A DNA stretch of 17,762 nt. It comes from Candidatus Krumholzibacteriota bacterium. GTDB lineage: Bacteria; Krumholzibacteriota; Krumholzibacteriia; JAJRXK01. The translations under genes were made by a program, and so were the position numbers. Below the pieces are notes generated by a model. The model made no database searches. It saw nothing but the letters and a program-made list of their open reading frames with translations, and was not told the origin of the DNA. The stretch spans positions 1 through 17,762 of the forward strand of contig CAWDWO010000029.1 in NCBI GenBank assembly GCA_963806035.1, read 5' to 3'. Positions 16,098-17,762 of this stretch are shown here, one piece after another; within the stretch, counting starts at the first letter, position 1; each line of letters starts with the position of its first letter.

Positions 16098-16127
16098 TTG
16101 CCAAGGTCTCGATGGGAGCTGTATACT
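16098..16127 (+). promoter_or_regulatory. Putative sigma70 promoter for the PorV-like gene
   Basis: TTGCCA (16098-16103)-N18-TATACT (16122-16127), followed by hairpin CCGCGCCT-C-AGGCGCGG (16139-16155) and a GGGGGAG RBS. Confidence 0.5.
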
Positions 16128-16177
16128 CAATCTCCAATCCGCGCCTCAGGCGCGGTCCGAATCCCTGGGGGAGCCTC

Positions 16178-17107
16178 ATGCGCAATTCATCGTGTTTCGC
16201 CTTCGCGGCGCTCTTCGTCTTTCTGGCGATCGCGCCCCCGGCCTGGGCGGGAAATCCCGGGGATGCGGGTTTCCTCTCGCTGCGGTTCGGGATCGGCGCG
16301 CGCAACGGCGCCATGGGAGACGTGGGTGTCGCCGAGTCGAGCGGCGCGACGGCCATGTACTACAACCCGGCCAATCTCGTGCTCACCGAGGGGACGAATC
16401 TCACGCTGCAGCATGTCGAGCACTTCAGTCTCTTCCGGCAGGAAGCCGCGGCCGTGAGCCACCGTCTGCCGCAGGGAGCCATCGGCCTCATCTTCAGCGG
16501 TTTTTACAGTGAGTCCATCCCCCGCACCACTCTGGATCGCATTGGCGTTTCCCAGGGGGACTTTCAACCCTACCAACTCGCGGTGGGCCTGGGCTACGCC
16601 TACCAGTTCAAGGATTTCTCTCTGGGGCTGGTGGGGAAGTTCCTCTACGAGCGCATCGATGCCTACAGCGCACAGGGCCTGGCCCTGGACCTGGGAATCA
16701 GCCACCGCAGCAAGATTCCCGGTCTCACCCTGGCCGCGGCTGTGGCCAATCTGGGCGGACAGATGACCGTGAAGGAGGAGCCCTACGATCTTCCCCTCAC
16801 GACTCGCCTGGGCGCCAGCTACACCCCGCATACCGAGGGGGAGGGGATGGCCCAGAATTTCACCCTGGCCACCGACCTCGTGCTCCCCAACGATGGCAAC
16901 GGGCGCATTCACGTGGGGGGCGAAATGCGGCTCCATTCGAGCTTCGCGCTGCGGGCGGGCTACCGCATCAACTACGATTCCTACGGACTCACCGCGGGTC
17001 TGGGCTATCACACGGGCAGTCTGAGCGTGGATTACGCCTACATGGACAGCGGCAACGATCTCTCGGATGACCACCGGATTTCGCTGTCTTTCGCGTTCCT
17101 GCCCTGA
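16178..17107 (+). CDS. PorV/PorQ-family (FadL-like) outer-membrane beta-barrel, 309 aa
   Basis: Signal peptide ending AWA. FLSLRFGIGARNGAMG...AMYYNPANL signature, alternating beta-strands, ALRAGY, VDYAY, terminal HRISLSFAF. The true start is ATG 16178, not 15557. Confidence 0.88.
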   Translation: MRNSSCFAFAALFVFLAIAPPAWAGNPGDAGFLSLRFGIGARNGAMGDVGVAESSGATAMYYNPANLVLTEGTNLTLQHVEHFSLFRQEAAAVSHRLPQGAIGLIFSGFYSESIPRTTLDRIGVSQGDFQPYQLAVGLGYAYQFKDFSLGLVGKFLYERIDAYSAQGLALDLGISHRSKIPGLTLAAAVANLGGQMTVKEEPYDLPLTTRLGASYTPHTEGEGMAQNFTLATDLVLPNDGNGRIHVGGEMRLHSSFALRAGYRINYDSYGLTAGLGYHTGSLSVDYAYMDSGNDLSDDHRISLSFAFLP

Positions 17108-17113
17108 ACCCCC

Positions 17114-17761
17114 TCAGGCGCTCACGGCCTCGCCATCGAGATCTGGGGCCGTGAGGACCTCGAGTTCCCCCGCGCGCAGCCGCCCGTAGGTATGGTGCTG
17201 CACCCAATCTCCCAGACAGACCAGGCGCCAGGAATCGAAGGCTCTGTTGCAGGGGTGATGGATGTGCCCGATCACCATAAGTCGACGTCCGAGTGATCGT
17301 GCTGCTCGCCGTAACGCCCGATGGCCTCGTCCAAACCAGCGCCCCGCTCGCGGCCCTTCTTGCGCGAGGCGTTGGAAAGCTGGTTGGCGAGCCAGTTCAG
17401 GATTTCCGGATGCAGGGATTTGGCGAAGAAACACGAGGAGGGGATTGCGCACCGCCGCCCGGAATCCCCGGTAGAAGATGTCTCCGCTCAGGATTCCGTC
17501 ACCGTGATCCAGCCGCAGCTTGCGCCCCTGGCGCTCGATGACGGTGCCGCCGGCGAGAATGGGAATGTCCAATTGCTCGCGCAGGAAGTCGGCGCACCAG
17601 ATGTCGTGGTTTCCTCCCACGAAGGAGATCCGGCAGCCGCGATCCTGCAGCTTTCTCAGTCCGTAGAGAATCTCCAGGTGCGTCTTGGGCATGAAGGTGG
17701 GATAGTCCAGCCAGAAGTCGAATATATCCCCCAGGAGGATGAGTTCGGATCCATCCTCCAG
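17114..17761 (-). CDS. lpxH: UDP-2,3-diacylglucosamine diphosphatase (LpxH-like metallophosphoesterase), 5' end outside the window, with two compensating frameshifts
   Basis: LILLGDIFDFW, GGNHD, DHGD, IGHIHHP and CLGDW motifs. The middle ~50 codons read properly only in an alternate frame. Confidence 0.82.
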   Translation of the reverse strand: MEDGSELILLGDIFDFWLDYPTFMPKTHLEILYGLRKLQDRGCRISFVGGNHDIWCADFLREQLDIPILAGGTVIERQGRKLRLDHGDGILSGDIFYRGFRAAVRNPLLVFLRQIPASGNPELARQPAFQRLAQEGPRAGRWFGRGHRALRRAARSLGRRLMVIGHIHHPCNRAFDSWRLVCLGDWVQHHTYGRLRAGELEVLTAPDLDGEAVSA

Positions 17762-17762
17762 G

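Noticed and set aside
15557..16177. N-terminal extension of the PorV-like ORF in the ORF track
   Set aside because: It overlaps the M6-like gene out of frame; the RBS and signal peptide place the start at 16178.
1..17762. CRISPR arrays, tRNAs, transposases, integrases or defence genes
   Set aside because: No regularly spaced repeats, cloverleaf signatures or mobile-element motifs were seen on either strand.

Overview
High-GC bacterial DNA, probably from an FCB-superphylum diderm (inferred from a T9SS-type C-terminal sorting domain, a PorV-like barrel and LpxH; lineages such as Krumholzibacteriota, Latescibacterota or Eisenbacteria are plausible but unverified). Gene order: partial membrane protein, bactofilin-like membrane protein, rlmN (minus), ArsR-family regulator, NtrX-like sigma54 response regulator, small secreted protein, TPR-GAF-like-AAA+-HTH sigma54 activator, a 0.9-kb intergenic region with two sigma54 promoters, FN3 lipoprotein plus DUF4384-like/CxxCH protein, M6-like FG-GAP T9SS cargo lacking its zinc histidines, PorV-like barrel, and partial lpxH (minus) with two compensating indels. 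The most interesting feature is a candidate signalling circuit at 4868-9138. A signal-peptide-bearing small protein with an internal SVYxPT repeat is encoded directly upstream of a TPR-sensor enhancer-binding protein. That gene is followed by paired candidate enhancer sites, IHF-like sites and a correctly spaced -24/-12 promoter driving a ~380-nt structured transcript with no credible ORF. This resembles an RRNPP-like peptide input coupled to a LuxO/Qrr- or CbrB/CrcZ-like sRNA output. The motifs are seen in the sequence; the functional links are inference.
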